Positions 22,527 to 35,000 of a stretch of DNA of 64,000 nt are shown here, one piece after another. The notes beneath the pieces were generated by a model. It made no database searches, was not told where the DNA came from, and saw only the letters and a list, made by a program, of their open reading frames with translations. The stretch comes from Amphiscolops sp. MND2022. Its lineage: Eukaryota. Position 1 is the stretch's first letter; every line of letters begins with the position of its first letter. The stretch covers positions 76,014,001 through 76,078,000 of the forward strand of contig OZ076409.1 of assembly GCA_964187785.1 (NCBI GenBank). The letters are read 5' to 3'. The position numbers were made by a program, and so were the translations under genes.

Positions 22527-23796
22527 CTAGCGGAAATTGGGGGCGCCCTGTGGCGCTATTTGGCATACGTCGTCGAAGGGCATGCCTCGGCATGCCCACG
22601 GACGGTGGGCGTTGATGCGAGTATGTGGCTTTGACGTTAGTGATGTTTGAGTAGTAGTAAGCTAAAGAAGTGGTTTTGCTTCTGGAGACATGGTGCAAAG
22701 GAAAACTTTTACCAAACACAGCTATCCGTGTGCAATATTGAGAAAGGTCAAATAAAAACCAATATGGGCCATAGTATCAGGTCTTTGGCGAGTACATTCT
22801 CATCTCCCCCACAAGGGGGGAGATGGAATGTACTCAACTGTTTCGTGATATCGGACGAATAAGACGGTAAGGAAAATTTTCAAAATGGGTCCAAAGACAT
22901 TAAAAGGCTTTGTTCTACTATGCAACGGTGATTGAACAGCTATGGGGATGATTGAACGTATTCCGATGAGTTTTTGATTAGACATGACTTACAAAATCTC
23001 ATTTTTGACATTAAAATCCTATAAGATGCTCACACTCAAAATGTCATAAGTCAACGTCAGATTAAGCTACAGAGTCGTTCTATAGCTCATTTTTCTCGTC
23101 TATTCAAGTACTTTCCACATGCATTCACTTGCAATACTAGTTGTGTGGAAGTTTCCTGACTTTGGGACGCCAGAAGGTAATTTTTACAATTTTTGCGTTT
23201 TTTTGAAATTTTTCTAAGTCCCACAACTTTTTGCCAGGAAGTGCTAGAACGCTGAAACCTCGTATTTAGGGCCAAATGGGTTTGCTCGGCAGAAATTTGG
23301 GCAGGGGTTGCCTCCTGTAAAGGCTCTGGGAAAAATTTTGGGCGAAAATGGCAGAGATAAACTGGTATTTGCAACAAATGCACCAAAATTTTCGTTTATT
23401 TCTCAGTCAATTTTCATCTGATTCACCTCAAAATTCGTCCACGCACTCCTCCGACAATGCGGAGCAATATTGTTGTTATTGTGCGAATCGCTCCGGGCAC
23501 TCTGGAAAAAGTTATGAGCCCTCAAAGTCAAAAAGTTGCGTTTTTTATGTCCATTGGCAACTTTTGTTGCATTTTTGACCAACTTTTTGAAAAAATTCGG
23601 AAAAACGCCAGTAGGAAATAGTTCTTAGGATTTGATTCTAGGCCTGTATGCAAAGTTTCAGGAAAATCTAAGGGGTGGTTTTCGAGATCGTCATTTTTTG
23701 AGCGTGTTTAGGGTAGGTAGTAAAACCGGATAACAGCCACTTGGGGCCCCTCCCCCAATTGGACAGAAAAATGCAGGAAAAAAAGTTCCCGGCCAC
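22527..23796. repeat. Array unit, family B (1270 bp)
   Basis: Diverged homologue at 46848-48126 (shared CATCTCCCCC stem-loop and AAATGTCATAAGTCAACGTCA block). Confidence 0.8.
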
Positions 23797-25186
23797 CTAG
23801 CAAATGTGGGCGCCCTGTAGCGCTATTTGGCATACGTCGTCGAAGGGCATGCCTCGGCATGCCCACAGACGGTGGGAGTTGGTAGGAGTGTGTGATGTCT
23901 AATACTACCCTGATTTGTGTACTTCAGCTTGAAATGGTATTCGTCCGGGTGACACCTCTGGACAGGATTCAGATCACTCAGTTGAACAAATGTCTTTCTT
24001 TTGACAAATTGACTTGAAGGAAAAATATCAAGAGAAAGGAGGAAACAAAATTCCACTATTTTTCGTTTTCAGAACAGATAGCCTTCAAGATTGACCAAAG
24101 GTCAACTTGAAAGGCTATCGGGGGTGATAATGGTGATCACTTTTCCGATCTTCAGCAAAACATGCAACGATGTTAGCTTTTTGCGTGGAAAAAAGCATTC
24201 AAATCAAAAAATAATAATAACTTGACCTTAAAAAGCATTGAAAACTGCATTTACGCTACTTTTTGGACCATTTCCGGTCAAAATTGACCTCTTCCGGTCA
24301 CAGGGGGTTACTTCCGGTATCTGGCAGTGTCAGTTACGACTACGCAGTGAATATATATTTTATGCTCTCACTGGTTCAACTGACTTACGCAACTTGAATG
24401 TGGACCAAACACAAGGAAAATTGATAAAAATACTACCAAAAGGGGGTTTTAAGCCCATTTCCGGTCATAGCGAAACCCATGACTGGACAACACGTGGTCA
24501 TTAAGTTGACCCCAGGTTATACTTCACTTTTGATTTCCTGCTAGTTGCTCGTACAATGCCTCCTTACCAGTGAAAATGGAGACTTCCGGTCTGAAAGTGC
24601 ACAAAAACGCTCATTTCCGGTCAAGGGGGTAATGGGGGTGAACTCAACGCATGTCATCGGATCTATCTCAAAATGCCTAACAAATCGTCAGCAGGGTGTG
24701 CACGCGCTAAATCTACGGCTTTATTACGGAAATTAGCAATCTCCCAAATTTAGGGGTCAAAAATACACGGATGCACCCCTCTATCTCTGTGGGGGGGTAA
24801 TCCGAGGGCAACCAAATTTTCTCAGCATACGTAATGGAAGATGCTGCAACTTTTCGTGCTCCACACTTGATACGCTAGGAACAAAGTATCTATGAGTTTT
24901 TTGCTTGAAAAGTTGAAAATGACAAAAAAAACGCAACAATGCGACAAAAATTGCGCAAAAAGTGCAACAAAGACAAGTTTTTCAGCAACCGTCACTCCTA
25001 CACTTTTTCATTACTCATTGATTAGGGGCCACATGCAAAATTTCAGAGAATTCTAACGGTTAGTTTTTGAGATCTCGATTAAATCGGACACTTCTGGTAT
25101 GTGGTAAATTTCGGTACAGGCTCGGCACGGGGCCCTCCCCAAAGCCTCGCAAACGTCATATACGAGCAAAAAAAATACCCGACCAC
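23797..25186. repeat. Array unit, family C (1390 bp)
   Basis: Near-identical copy of the same length at 49161-50550. Confidence 0.9.
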
Positions 25187-26244
25187 CCAGTGGAGGCAGG
25201 TACCAACTACCAGTAAGGCCTATTCAGACAATACTTGATTGAAACTGAAGTTGGTGCAACTTAAAATTGTAAACTTTAATCGTTTTCTTTTCACAACAAA
25301 CCACCTCAAAAAAAGTTATTTTTTCATCTTGATAATTCTACCAAGCACCTCATTGGAAGCACATAAGTTGCACAGACTTTTATCGTTTGTCGCCAATCTT
25401 CCTCCGAAACGCTTCGCGTTCTCCCGGAACATCGGCGATCTTTCTACATGTCATTTAACAAAAAACATAGAATTCCAACAACTGAGAAAAGATTGCAGTA
25501 ATTTGGGATTAAAACTTTAAAAGTGTAATCATTAACCAAAAATAAAAATTAAATGTGTCAAATTCCCCTAAAAAGTCAGCGTAAGTGCTCGGGTACCTCA
25601 TTTTTGACCTCAAAATGTGACAAAACATCAAAAAAGACGAAAAATCCTTTTTTTCGGAAAAATTCTAAATTTTTCGAATTTTTGTAGAACTTTTGTAGAA
25701 CTTTTTTTTGGCCAAATAAACCAAAATTTTTTCCTCTTTGGATTAAACATAAAACCATTCATTTTTATCCATAGGCACTACCTATTCCATTGGGCACTTC
25801 GGAAGTCATGATAAAAAGTGTCAAAAAATCACCTTTTTTGGTGTATATTTTCTATCATATCTCCCGTTGTATTAGGACCTGGCCAAAAATTTTTGGCCAT
25901 CTTGTAGCCTACTTCATTTGTACCTCACACAAAAAGTTTCGGCCTATTGGCTCCAATGGCTGAGGAGCAGCGACTGAAAAGATGCGAAAAATGGGTGATT
26001 TCGACATACATTTGCTCATAACTTCCGTCACAGGGTATGGAGCGAAAAGTGCCAGCAGGAAAAAGTTCTTACATTTTGATTCTATGTCCGCATGCAAAGT
26101 TTGAATAAATTCTAACGGTTCATTTTCGAGATCGTCTCCGTAGACCCCCCCCAACATGTATATTTTTAGCAGGCTATTCTTCAAGCTCGTCACGGGACCC
26201 TACCCGGCCTCGCACTACTCTATGATGGTAAAACACCCGACCAC
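25187..26244. repeat. Array unit, family D (1058 bp)
   Basis: Starts CCAGTGGAGGCA and lacks the GGGCATGCC core. Diverged homologue at 48127-49160. Confidence 0.75.
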
Positions 26245-29034
26245 CTAGCCGCTACCGCTTTAGTGACCTCGCAGGGGCGTGATTTGGCATACGTCGTCGA
26301 AAGGCATGCCTCGGCATGCCTACGGACGGTGGGCGTTGATGTTGGCATGTGGGCGTCGGCTTGAATTACATTATGCGACGGTAAGGAGCGGTTTCACCTT
26401 TGATAAAAAGCATTACAGTTGGTGAAATTTTCAAGCCACTATGAACAGGCATCAGCCAACAATATTTGTTGGAAAATTCGTTTTCCTAAAATGTAGAGCA
26501 CCAACGAAAGAATATAAAAAAATATGTTGTCAAACTTTGTTATCCTATTAAAAGAATCATGTTGAATTTCATCCAACAACGTTAGGAGACATGGTTTTCC
26601 TGATATTCAGTCCACAAATTAAAGGTTGAAAGTTTTTTGTCAAACATTTGTTTCTTACTTATCCTTTTAAAAGAATCATATGAAATTTTTTAACTATGGT
26701 TAAACTTTTGTTGAAGTTCAAATTGGCTATGGATAATAACAAAAACACTCAATCACACTGTCGCTGCGCAGTTGTGAAAGGATAGCCCTTTCAAGTTGAC
26801 ACAAGGTCAACTTGAGGGCTATCATATTGTAACGGTTATTGAGTTAATGGAGTCGAAACTTCAAGCTGATAAAGTGAAAATGTTCAAAGTCTTCAAAAAG
26901 AAACAACAGAGACAATATCGTAGCTATGATCCGCAATTACACGTCGATTGGCACTTCCAAACCAATTTATTATCTTTACTTCCCAACGGGTTGGATTTCC
27001 GTGGCATTTTCCTATTTCTCACCTCATGTTTCCTGTCAAATTCTTTTCTTGAAGCTTTCTGACACCCTGAATGCACTTTGGTTTGATGAAATTACATGTT
27101 TATTCCAACAAAACACAGAAAAGACAAACTTTCTGAAATTTCTCGTGCCACAGCAACTTCAGGGGCATTATAAAGGTCAAGTTCGTACGGTCATCTCACA
27201 ACACCACAATCATCATAAAGTGACCAAAGACCTAATACAGCTACTTCTTGGCTTGAAGGACCTATCGAAAGCAAAAAAAATGTGAAAAAAATTTTTCACT
27301 ACATAACGGTCATTTTCGCTGTTAGTGTGACTTCCGAATCATAATAACGGTTATTTCAGATTGCTTGTTTCACACCAAAACTTTCATTGTATACTGTCCA
27401 AAGACATATTACCGATACTTCCTGCCCTAAATGGCCTTCAAAAAGTATAAAAATTACATTTTTCACTACATAACGGTCGTTTCCGGTCTAACGGGTCAAC
27501 GGGGGGTGACTGAAACTATATCCCCCAACTCGTCTCATTGAGTTCTACATAAAGTTACCTGACGTTCCCACGCTGGGACCAACCCTTTTGGCTCAAAAAA
27601 TGACATTTCCGGTCACATAGCGGTTAGGCTGGGGGGCCAAGTCCGTAACGGTGATATATAGCGGTAATCTGTTTTCCCCCCTGAAGGCACCGTATCATGG
27701 GTATGAAACCTTGTAGTAGTGATGGACACGATTGCTCCACGCGTTCACGAGATATTTACCCCTCAATGCCCGTTTTCCGGTTTTAGCAGTAAAAAAAGGA
27801 GGCGATCACCCTTATAACGGCTAACGGGTTGGGCCAGAGGGTCCCAAACAACATGTTCCCGGTTGGTCCTTGTCTTAACCTACTTTTGATATATGACACC
27901 CGACGCGCTACCCTCACTCCTTCACATCGGAAATAACGGAGAAAGTTGAAGGGGGTCAATTTTAAAACTCACATAACGGTAATTTCCCGTCCGAGGGGTA
28001 AACCGGGGTCGGCAAACTACATGTCCCCCAACACGTCTCTAGATGCTCTACAAAACATTACTTAACGACTCCACTCTCAGACGACTCCTTCCTGGTCAAA
28101 AAGGGCAATTTCCGGTAATATAGCGGTTAGGCTGGGGGGCAAAGTCCGTAACGGTGATAGATAGCGCTGATCTGTTTGCCCCCCTGAAGGCACCATGTCA
28201 TGGGTATGAAACCTTGTAGGAGTGATGGACACGATTGCTCCACGCGTTCACGAGATAATTACACTTTAATGCCCGTTTTACGGTTTTACCACCAAAAAAA
28301 GGAGGCGGTCACCCTATTTCCGGCTAACGGGTCCGTTCAAAGGGTCCCAAACCACATGTTTCTGATAGGTCCTTGTTTAAAGCTACTTTTGATATATAGC
28401 ACTCGACACGCTATTCCGACTCCTTCACACCGGAAATTGCGGGGAAAATTGGAGGGGGCATTTTTGAAACTCACATAACGGTCATTTCCCGTCCGAGGGG
28501 TAAACTGGGGTCGGCAAACTACATGTCCCCCACCACGTCTCCAGATGCTCTACAAAACATTACCAAATGACTCCGCGCTCAGACGACTCCTTCCCGGTCA
28601 AAAAGTGCAATTTCCGGTAAAATAGCGGTTTGGGCGGGGGGCCAAGTCCGTAACGGTGCAAGATAGAAAATTTTTGTTTGGCCCCCCGTACCCACTGCAT
28701 GATGCCCAACAAACCTTTACTAGTGACCGGACCTGCTAAAACGACGGGGGGAAAAGTTATTCACACTTTTATAAATTTTACCCCCTGATTGACCCCTAAC
28801 GGTCGCTCGTGTACCCGTCACAACGAAACCACGGGTATGGAACCTGGTGGGGGGCGACCAGTGCCCAAAATCTGGGTGGGGGCCAAAAAATCATAAACTT
28901 CTGACGGGTGGAATCCGAAATCGGTCTCAAAACATCGAAAAATTTTCATACTACAAGAGTCTTTCAGTACTGAATGTTCGGTAGGGAACCCTACCCTACC
29001 TCACTATATTCTATTGGGGACAGCCCCCCGCCAC
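26245..29034. repeat. Array unit, long family-A variant (2790 bp) with an extra ~500-bp internal subrepeat
   Basis: ATTTCCGGT...AGCGGTT...AAGTCCGTAACGGTG recurs at ~27605, ~28109 and ~28610. Confidence 0.8.
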
Positions 29035-32000
29035 CTAGCCCGGGATGTACGGGCGTCGTTTGATAAGGATTTGTCATACGTCGTCGAAGGGCATGCCTCG
29101 GCATGCCCACAGACGGTGTGCGTTGATGTAAAGTGTGTGGCGTTGACGTTAATTAAACTAAAATATGACGTTTCAGCTTCCATAATGAAATGTAATATTC
29201 AATTTGAACTTTTATAAATCTGTTACAAACATTCCAAAGAATACCATTTGTTAGGTAAATAGGTTTCCTGGCATTTAGGACACATTTTGTATGGAAAAAA
29301 CCATTTTTTTCAACAATTTGCTCACTATGATTCTAATAACGGAATCATGACGGCATAGTTTTTGTCGTTGATACACTGTTGATGAAGCTCTAATTGGTAC
29401 TAATGCAATATATACCTACCCAAAAACACTCTTGATTAACGATTTCAGAAGGATAGCGCTTCCAAGTTGACACCAGGCCAACTTGAAAGGCTATCATAAG
29501 GTAACGGTTATGTTGGTTGAGGTTTCGGAGTCTCTGAAACTATATGGAAAAACTTTAATTTTTAAAAATAGTCCACAAGAGTCGAAAAAATTACGCCGAA
29601 AGACATTTTAAAACCAAAAAACCTATCCTGTCTCCAACGGTTTGACTTCCGGTGCTATATACCGTTACCCCCCACAAGGTTTCATGACTATGTTCACTAC
29701 TGTAGACCGTCGAAACACCTAACAGATACTTTTATCTACAAAATACAAAACATTTGTACCCAATAGACACAAAATTTGACCATTTCCGGTCGTTTACGGT
29801 ACCAGGGGGTCTTTAGGGTCAACATAACGGTTATTTCCGAATGCTCGCCTCACGTCCTCCCTTACCTCATATAGTGTCCAAGCACCTATTACCACTCCTT
29901 CCGCACCTAAATACACTTGAAAAAGTATAAAAATTGCAATTTTACCCACATAACGGTCATTTCCGGTCCCAAGGGGTAACGGGGGTGACTGAAACTATAT
30001 CCCTCAACTCGTCTCATTGAGTACTACAATAAGTTACCTAACGTTCCCCGGCTGGGACCGACCCTTTGGGCTCAAAAAGTGACATTTCCGGTCACATAGC
30101 GGTTAGGCTGGGGGGCCAAGTCGGTAACGGTGATAGATAGCGGAAATCTGTTTGCCCCCCTGAAGGCACCATATCATGGGTATGAAACCTTGTAGTAGTG
30201 ATGGACACGATTGCTCCACGCGTTCACGAGATATTTACCCCCCAATGCCCATTTTACGGTTTTAGCACTAAAAAAAGGAGGCGGAAGCCCCATTTCCCGC
30301 TAACGGGTTGGTCCATGGGGTCCCAAACTACATGTTTCCGATAGGTCCTTGTCTAAACCTACTTTTGTTATATAACACCCGACGCGCTACTCCCACTCCT
30401 TCACACCGGAAATAGCGGTAAAACGTGGAGGGGGGCATTTTTCACGCTCATATAACGGTCATTTCCCGTCCGGGGGGTAAATTGAGGTTGGCAAACTACT
30501 TGTCCCCCACTTCGTCTCAAGGCCGTCCCCAATACATCACCTAACGACCCCGCGCTCAGACGACTCCTTCCGGGTCAAAAACCTGCGTTTCCGGAAAAAT
30601 AACGGTTTGAGCGGGGGGGTACTTGGAGATAGCTTCAAGATAGAAAAATTTGGTTTGGACCTTCGGGGCCCCTGCAACACGGTCAAGAAACTTTTAGCAG
30701 GGTTCCAAAGTTTTAAATCAACAGAAAAAAAGTTATGTGGCCCAATATGAATTTTACCCCTAAAATGACCCCCTAACGGTCGCCCGTGTGGCCAGAAAAA
30801 AATTTTCCGGGGTATGGAACCCGGTGGGGGGCGCTAATTTTCGGAAAATCTGGTGGGGGCCGCTCCAACTTTAAAATCCTATGGTTAGATCACGAGATCC
30901 CGAAATTTTTGCAAGATTTCCTATCGATAGCTATTAGAGTTAAAATCGGATTCAGGACCCTACCCGAATCCTCCAATATATTTGTTGGGGTTACCCCCCC
31001 GCACCTAGCCCGGGATGTACGGGCGTCGTTAGGTATGTATTTGGTATACGTCGTCGAAGGGCATGCCTCGGCATGCCCACAGACGGTGGGCGTTGATGTA
31101 AAGTGTGTGGCGTTGACGTTAATTAAACTAAAATATGACGTTTCAGCTTCCATAATGAAATGTAATATTCCATTTGAACTTTTATAAATCTGTTACATAC
31201 ATTCCAATTAATACCATTTGTTAGGTAAATAGGTTTCCTGGCATTTAGGACACATTTTGTATGGAAAAAACCATTTTTTTCAACAATTTGCTCACTATGA
31301 TTCTAATAACGGAATCATGACGGCATAGTTTTTGTCGTTGATACACTGTTGATGAAGCTCTAATTGGTACTAATGCAATATATACCTACCCAAAAACACT
31401 CTTGATTAACGATTTCAGAAGGATAGCGCTTCCAAGTTGACACCAGGCCAACTTGAAAGGCTATCAAAATGTAACGGTTATGTTGGTTGAGGTTTCGGAG
31501 TCTCTGAAACTATATGGAAAAACTTTAATTTTTAATAATAGTCCATAATAGTCGACAAAGGTACGCCGAAAGACATTTTCAAACCAAAAACCTATCCTGT
31601 GTCCAACGGTTTGGACTTCCGGTGCTATATACCCCGTTACCCCCCACAAGGTTTCATGACTATGTTCACTACTGCAGACCGTCGAAACACCTAATAGATA
31701 CTTTTATCTACAAAATACCCAACATTTGTACACAATAGACACAAAATTTGACCATTTCCGGTCGTTTACGGTACCAGGGGGACTTTAGGGTCAACATAAC
31801 GGTTATTTCCGAATGCTCGCCTCACGTCCTTCCTTACATCATACAGTGTCCAAGCACCTATTACCACTCCTTCCGCATCTAAATGCCCTTGAAATAGGAC
31901 AAAAATGGCAATTTTTTTCACATAACCGTCATTTCCGGTCGTAAGGGGTAACGGGGGGTGACTGAAACTATGTCCCCCAACTCGTCTCAATGAGTACTAC

Positions 32001-35000
32001 AATAAGTTACCTAACGTTCCCTGGCTGGGACCGACCCTTTGGGCTCAAAATATGACATTTCCGGTCACTTAATGGTTAGCCTGGGGGGCCAAGTCCGTAA
32101 CGGTGATAGATAGCGGAAATCTGTTTGCCCCCCTGAAGGCACCATATCATGGGTATGAAACCTTGTAGTAGTGATGGACACGATTGCTCCACGCGTTCAC
32201 GAGATATTTACCCCCCAATGCCCATTTTACGGTTTTAGCACTAAAAAAAGGAGGCGGAAGCCCCATTTCCCGCTAACGGGTTGGTCCATGGGGTCCCAAA
32301 CTACATGTTTCCGATAGGTCCTTGTCTAAACCTACTTTTGTTATATAACACCCGACGCGCTACTCCCACTCCTTCACACCGGAAATAGCGGTAAAACGTG
32401 GAGGGGGGCATTTTTCACGCTCATATAACGGTCATTTCCCGTCCGGGGGGTAAATTGAGGTTGGCAAACTACTTGTCCCCCACTTCGTCTCAAGGCCGTC
32501 CCCAATACATCACCTAACGACCCCGCGCTCAGACGACTCCTTCCGGGTCAAAAACCTGCGTTTCCGGAAAAATAACGGTTTGAGCGGGGGGGTACTTGGA
32601 GATAGCTTCAAGCTAGAAAAATTTGGTTTGGACCTCCGGAGCCCTTGCAACACGGTCAAGAAACTTTTAGCAGGGTCCCAACGTTTTAAATCAACAGAAA
32701 AAAAGTTATGTGGCCCAATATGAATTTTACCCCTAAAATGACCCCCTAACGGTCGCCCGTGTGGCCAGAAAAAAATTTTCCGGGGTATGGAACCCGGTGG
32801 GGGGCGCTAATTTTCGGAAAATCTGGTGGGGGCCGCTCCAACTTTAAAATCCTATGGTTAGATCACGAGATCCCGAAATTTTTGCAAGATTTCCTATCGA
32901 TAGCTATTAGAGTTAAAATCGGATTCAGGACCCTACCCGAATCCTCCAATATATTTGTTGGGGTTACCCCCCCGCACCTAGCTGCTAACGCGCTCGGGGG
33001 TGTTGTGTGGGTGGAATTTGGTATACGTCGTCGAAAGGCATGCCTCGGCATGCCTACGGACGGTGGGCGTTGATGTAAAGTATGTGGCGTTGACGTTAAT
33101 TAAACTATAATTTGACGTTTCAGCTTCCATAACGAGACCTATTAAAATGTTGATCTTCTTTTTCATTGTTATTTAGTTTTAGTCAATACCATTTATTATT
33201 TTATTCAATTTGGTGGAATCAGGACACATTTTACATTGAAAAAATCAACTTTGTAAACAATTTGTTAACTAATATTCTTATAACGGAATTATCACGACAT
33301 CGTTTTTGCCGTTGGCAAACTGTTGATGAAGCTCTAATTGGTACTAATGCAACATATACCTACCCGAAAACACTCTTGATTAACGATTTTAGAAGGATAG
33401 CCCTTCCAAGTTGACACCAGGCCAACTTGAAAGGCTATCAAAATGTAACGGTTATGTTGACTGAAGCATTGGAGGTCCCTGAAACTAATGTGAAAAAATT
33501 TTATTTCCGAAAAAAGTCCGTATTAGTTGATATTATGACGATTCAACCCACAAAACTACGCCTAAAGACATTTTGAAACCAAAAAACCTATTCTGTAACC
33601 AACGGTTTGGACTTCCAGTGCTATATACCGTTACCCCCCACAAGGTTTCATGACTATGTTCACTTCTGAAGGCCTTTAAAACACCTTCCAGGTACTTTTA
33701 TCCATAAAATACCAAACATTTGTACCCTATAAACACAAAATTTGGCCATTTCCGTTCGTTAACGGTACCAGGAGGACTTTGGGGTCAACGTAACGGTTAC
33801 TTCCGAATGCTCTCCTCTCGACCTCCATTACATCATATGGTGTCCAAGCACCTATTACCACTCCTTCCGCACCTAAATACACTTGAAAAAGTATAAAAAT
33901 TGCAATTTTACCCACATAACGGTCATTTCCGGTCCCAAGGGGTAACGGGGGGTGACTGAAACTATATCCCCCAACTCGTCTCAATTAGCACTACAATAAG
34001 TTACCTAACGTTCCCCGGCTGGGACCGACCCTTTGGGCTCAAAAAGTGACATTTCCGGTCACATAGCGGTTAGGCTGGGGGGCCAAGTCGGTAACGGTGA
34101 TAGATAGCGGAAATCTGTTTGCCCCCCTGAAGGCACCATATCATGGGTATGAAACCTTGTAGTTGTGATGGACACGATTGCTCCACGCGTTCACGAGATA
34201 TTTACCCCTCAATGCCCATTTTACGGTTTTAGCAGTAAAAAAAGGAGGCGGAAGCCCCATTTCCCGCTAACGGGTTGGTCCAGGGGGTCCCAAACTACAT
34301 GTTTCCGATAGGTCCTTGTCTAAACCTACTTTTGTTATATAACACCCGACGCGCTACTCCCACTCCTTCACACCGGAAATAGCGGTAAAACGTGGAGGGG
34401 GGCATTTTTCCCGCTCATATAACGGTCATTTCCCGTCCGGGGGGTAAACTGGGGTCGGCAAACTATATATCCCCCGCTTCGTCTCAAGGCCGTCCCCAAT
34501 ACATCACCTAACGACCCCGCGCTCAGACGACTCCTTCCGGGTCAAAAACCTGCGTTTCCGGAAAAATAACGGTTTGGGCGGGGGGGTACTTGGAGATAGC
34601 TTCAAGATAGAAAAATTTGGTTTGGACCTCCGGAGCCACTGCAACAAGGTCAAGAAACTTTTAGCAGGGTCCCAAAGTTTTAAACCAACAGGAAAAAAGT
34701 TATGCGACCGTATATAAATTTTACCCCCAAAATGACCCCTAACGGTCGCCCGTGTACCCCGACAAAATATTTCAATCACGCTGGAACCCGGTGGGGGGCG
34801 AATAACTTTGGAAAATCTGGTGGGGGCCGCTCCAACTTTAAAATCCTACGGTTAGATCACGGGATCGGCAAAATTTTCTAAAATCCCTAACGATAGCTGG
34901 CAGCACTGAACTCGGATTCAGGACCCTACCCGAATCCTCCAATATCTTTGTTGGGGTTACCCCCCCGCACCTAGCTGCTACCGCGGGTGGGTGTAGATAT

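Noticed and set aside
22521..22533. CTCF-like motif (CCGCTAGGTGG on the minus strand) at junctions
   Set aside because: Only a few junctions approximate it; most A junctions (GCTAGGTGCGG) do not.
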